From positions 125,304,001 to 125,368,000 of the forward strand of contig NW_024704742.1 in assembly GCF_018977255.1 (NCBI RefSeq): a DNA stretch of 64,000 nucleotides, read 5' to 3'. Source of the DNA: Callorhinchus milii (taxonomy: Eukaryota). The notes under the pieces are model-generated. The model saw nothing but the letters and a program-made list of their open reading frames with translations. It was not told where the DNA came from and ran no database searches. The translations under genes were made by a program, and so were the position numbers. Positions 60,096-64,000 of the stretch are shown here, piece after piece (the first letter of the stretch is position 1; each line of letters opens with the position of its first letter).

Positions 60096-61371
60096 TCTTA
60101 TCCCACATAATTTTAAACTCTTATTGAAGCAAAGAACAATTCTGACCCAGTTATGAATTATTAATTTGTTCTGGAGCTTGTTAATATTCTAAATCTTGTT
60201 TGTCATCAGTGTAGACCATAAGCCATTAAATAATACTTAGAAACTAGTCAATGCAGTTTGAAGCATCCTGATCAGAGTTAGAACTGATAGCTTCACAGAG
60301 CAGCTTCATTTCTTCAGTGTTTTAGAAGCTTGTTGTTAAAATGCCTTCATTCATTTTGAGCTGATGTCTAAAAGGCCCTGTAGGTGATTGATACTGAGCT
60401 TTCATCTTAGACTGAAGGAGATGGGAGTTAGTTAATGTCTTCTTTGAAGATTGAGAAGATCAAGAGAATCTTGAAGGTTATCCTTAGATAGACCACTTAA
60501 GACTTCCTTTACTTCAAAGACCTCACCATTTTCATTTTCTGTCCTCCATCATTTCTGAGCACGCTTGCATTCATAAAGTCTGCCTTTGACACCACATCAA
60601 CCCTGGGTAATCACAGAATCCAAGTCACTTGGATTGGTGTAACTGTACTTGTGTATTGTAAATGTGCCAGACCACAGTTTCCTATTAGTGACATTATTGG
60701 TATTTCAGCCGTCAGTTTCCTGGATTATTTCTGATGTCGTTGAAATTCTTGCCTTATGTTCTTGTACGTCTATTAGATTCCCCAGCACATGAGATGGGCA
60801 GAATCAAGCCGAGCAGAAATTTGATTCTGCGACGTGTCTGCCAAAGTGTTTTAGAATGCAATTACTGTACAAACATACCAATCAAAGCAACAGAGTGAGA
60901 GCTGCACACTCTAAAGGCTTTCACTTAGTTAACTGTCGCTTGATGTGCGATGTTGACCATGTCATCACGAGCAGAGTTATAAAGTGGATTGGAAGCGACC
61001 CAATATCATTGGTTATCAGGAAGTCATTTTTTTTACCAATATAAGCCTGTTAGTAAAGTAAAGAGATAGTTGTGTTCTTTACACATATATATATATAATA
61101 TATATCATATATATGTTGCCGGTTTGCTCTTCCCCTTTACTGATGTTACTGACTCTTTCCTAGGGTATGGTTCCCCCGGCTTTGACTGCTTTAATACCTC
61201 ACTATAATGCTCACTCTTCATCTGTGAGCCTAGACACTGAGTGTCAGTAGGCTACTCGACCCCAGAGGGTATCACAGCTAAATCCAATCCTGTGCTTACC
61301 CAAACATTCACACTTGCTAGCAAGATGGAGGAGAGGGCAGAGAGCAGATTATTTGAAAGTGATTGGAAGAG

Positions 61372-61712
61372 GTACTCGCCTCGCAAGCGAGAGGATCTGG
61401 GTTCAATTCCAGGCAGGGCAAAATGTTTGGCAAGTTTCCTTATTCCACATGCCACTGTTTACCTAGCAGTCAGTAAGAATTTGGTTGGCAGTTGGTTGGC
61501 AGATTTCATTTCCCAGGGTAATAATTTCTTCAAAATAAATAAAAAACGGTCACTCAAACCACGACAGTTTGTGGGACACAGCTGTGCGTAATTGGCTGCC
61601 ACATTTCGCCCATAAAATATACAGTCAATTCACTTTACAGTATATTCCGTGAAGCGCTTTGAGATGTCTAGAAGATGTGAAAAACACTATATCAAATGCA
61701 AGGATTATTATT
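61372..61712 (+). mobile_element. tRNA-derived SINE, long subfamily, 5'-truncated
   Basis: GGTTCAATTCCAGGCAGGGC, CTGTTTACCTAGCAG internal segment, hairpin tail. Confidence 0.88.
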
Positions 61713-61912
61713 AACAGGAAGCACTGACTGAGTTTCCTCTTCCAAGTCCAGGCAAATGGATCCCAGTGGTCTTTTTCTATGTACCTACGAGCTACAACTA
61801 TAATGCTTTTTGAATTATTTCTTGAATGCAAGTCATCATCTAATGCAATAGCTTGCATTGGGAGAGTTCTGTGAAACTTTTAAATTTAGCTAAATGTCAT
61901 TTTTTCCCCCCA

Positions 61913-62590
61913 CTCTGCAACATTGCCCAGTTCCACCACTGCTCCTCAGGCTGCCAAAACACTCATTCACGCATTGATCACATCTAGGCTTGACCACGCC
62001 AACTCCCTGCTTGTCGGTCTTCCCAACTCTTTTCTCCACAAGCTTCAGATCATCCAGAAATCCAGAACCCTGCAGCTCATGTTCTCTCCTGCAACAGGCT
62101 ACGTGACCCCATCATCCCCACTCTCGCCGGGCTCCACTGGCTCCCCATCCCTCAGAGGATAAAGTTCAAAATCCTTGTCCTCACCTTCAAGGCCCTTCAC
62201 GGTCTTACCTCTTCCTACCTGTGTGACCTACTAACCCCATATCAACCTGTCGCCACTCTCTGCTCAGCAGGCTCTGACCTGCTTCAAGTACTCTACCTGG
62301 CCCACCTACCATTGATGATCGGGCCTACAGCTTCTCTGCCCCCACCCACTGGAACACTATCTCTCATTCCCTTCGCCTTGCTCCCTCCCTTGTCTCCTTC
62401 AAGGCACGTCTCAAGACACTCCTCTTAACCATGTCTTCAGCTACACTCCTATCCTCCCTGCCATCCACCCTCCCTGATCCCAAACCCAGCCCCCGCCCCC
62501 AGCTCAGATCGAAATCCCTGACTGTTCAGCACCTTGGGATGTCCTCCCGACGTGAAAGGCACTTTACAAATATCATTTTGTATTGTATTG
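61913..62590 (+). mobile_element. L2 LINE 3' portion
   Basis: TLIHALITSRLDHANSLLVGLP..HKLQIIQ; L2 tail. Confidence 0.88.
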
Positions 62591-62854
62591 TATAAGGGGC
62601 CTTATCGCTTTGTTGAGACGTCTCCAAGAGCTTCACAGCACATACTGTAAAGTGAATTGACTCACATTTTGTGGGCGAAATGTGTGTTTTTTTTCTTCTT
62701 TCGATTGTCAACGATGGAAAAGGCTAGGGATTTACATGACTGGAACTAACTGCTGCGAGCATCGTGGCTAGCATCTAATGTAAGAATAATGAAAGGACTG
62801 TTGGGATCCCTCTGGCCAGTTCAAGAGTAAAAAGCAAATCTCTGTGAATGTGGC

Positions 62855-62995
62855 ATCCTGGCTCAGTGGGTTGTGGGTTCAAATCTCACATCGGGACTCG
62901 GACTCATATAGCCTAAGCTGATAGTGTCGTGCTCGCAATGTTTTGCATTGGTGGAGATGCTTGTCCTTTGGATTAGGCGTTAAACCAAGGTTCCC
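62855..62995 (+). mobile_element. Deu-type SINE 5' fragment
   Basis: TGGCTCAG..GGTTGTGGGTTCAAATC..TGCATTGGTGGAGATGC..CGTTAAACCAAGG. Confidence 0.6.
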
Positions 62996-63179
62996 TCCCA
63001 CTCTCTCTCTCTACCCCACCTCTCCACCCACCCATGAGTAAGGACCCAAATTTTGTGGCAGAGGACTGGTGGTCATTTTGCTGCCAAAGTCGAGTTTACA
63101 CACACTGCTGCATATAGCTCGTCCAACTAACTATCAAGAGCACCTTTACCTGAATTAATTCTCAGATATTATTATTGAT

Positions 63180-63420
63180 AATAATGATAATATCCTTGCA
63201 TTCAATATATAATAATAATAATCCTTGCACTTGATGTCGCGCTTTCCACGTCTTCTGGACGTCTCAAAGCGATTCACAGAATATACTGTAAAGTGAATTG
63301 ACCGTATTTTTGTGAGCGAATATAATGCCTTATCACATCATCGAAACGTCTATAAGCTGGGAATCAAGCCCAGGTCTTATTGTTTGCGAGGCGACCTCAC
63401 TAACCACTTTACTACGGGAT
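63180..63420 (-). mobile_element. Rearranged SINE (duplicated tail, internal deletion)
   Basis: Two AATATCCTTGCA/ATAATCCTTGCA tails, the hairpin, a second tail piece and a head remnant (TTTGCGAGGCGA..CTAACCAC). Confidence 0.65.
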
Positions 63421-64000
63421 TTGAATCAATTCAGGTCATATATAGGACAGCTGTATGAAGAGTAAAGCTCCCTATATTCTGTGTGATAGACATGTTCCAT
63501 AAACTTGTATCTCGATTTTTCACTGAAGATTATTTTAATTAGCATTATTGATTTTGATCCATATAATGGTGGTAATTCATTAGAAGCCTACAGCTTGAAG
63601 GTGTTCATTTGGTGAATGGTAGTTCCAAAATAGCAGGCTTGTAAGCTTGAATGGTGTCTGGATTTCAAGTCCTAATGAAAAAATTGTACCAATCTGTGAA
63701 TTCTATCTGAGTAGAAACCCCAAGTATTTCGTTAATAAAGGACAACTGTTTGAACTGCACCAGGTAGATGAGCATTGGGTGGCCAATCTGAATAATAACT
63801 GCAGGCTAACTCCTTCAATCATCAGGCTATTCACAGTTCCCCATTGCGGGCAGAACCCATTACCGTTCAATCTTACTTCTTTCAATGCGAGATGGTGTTG
63901 ATAGAATTCAAGCCCCGTACTTTAGTGGACTTCATAAGTGAATTCAACTGATTCACCACTCCTGTAGCTTGCAGCAATATTTTATGCTGTGTGCCAAGTG

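Overview
Vertebrate genomic DNA, most likely from a cartilaginous fish (inferred from SacSINE1/Deu-type SINEs, shark-type CR1 3' ends and abundant L2 LINEs; possibly a holocephalan). It holds one protein-coding gene: isl1 (ISL LIM homeobox 1) on the minus strand, with six coding exons (29128 to 20982), all introns GT-AG, a 1047-nt CDS and a 348-aa protein (LIM1, LIM2, homeodomain, Lhx3-binding region). The gene has a CCAAT/CRE promoter at ~29.43-29.52 kb and a ~1.1-kb 3' UTR. It lies in a ~24-kb zone (~11.8-36.1 kb) that is nearly free of transposons, CpG-richer and rich in candidate enhancers. The flanks are packed with tRNA-derived SINEs, Deu-type SINEs, L2 and CR1 fragments, MITEs, a probable solo LTR and microsatellites. 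I found no second gene and no prokaryote-type system. The best leads are regulatory or splicing features of isl1 (missing Isl1-beta acceptor, NAGNAG acceptor, uORF, palindromic CRE, 3' UTR motif cluster) and transposon structures (covarying SINE/LINE 3' hairpin, inverted templated insertion, MITE families). All comparisons with human or mouse sequences are from memory and need alignment.
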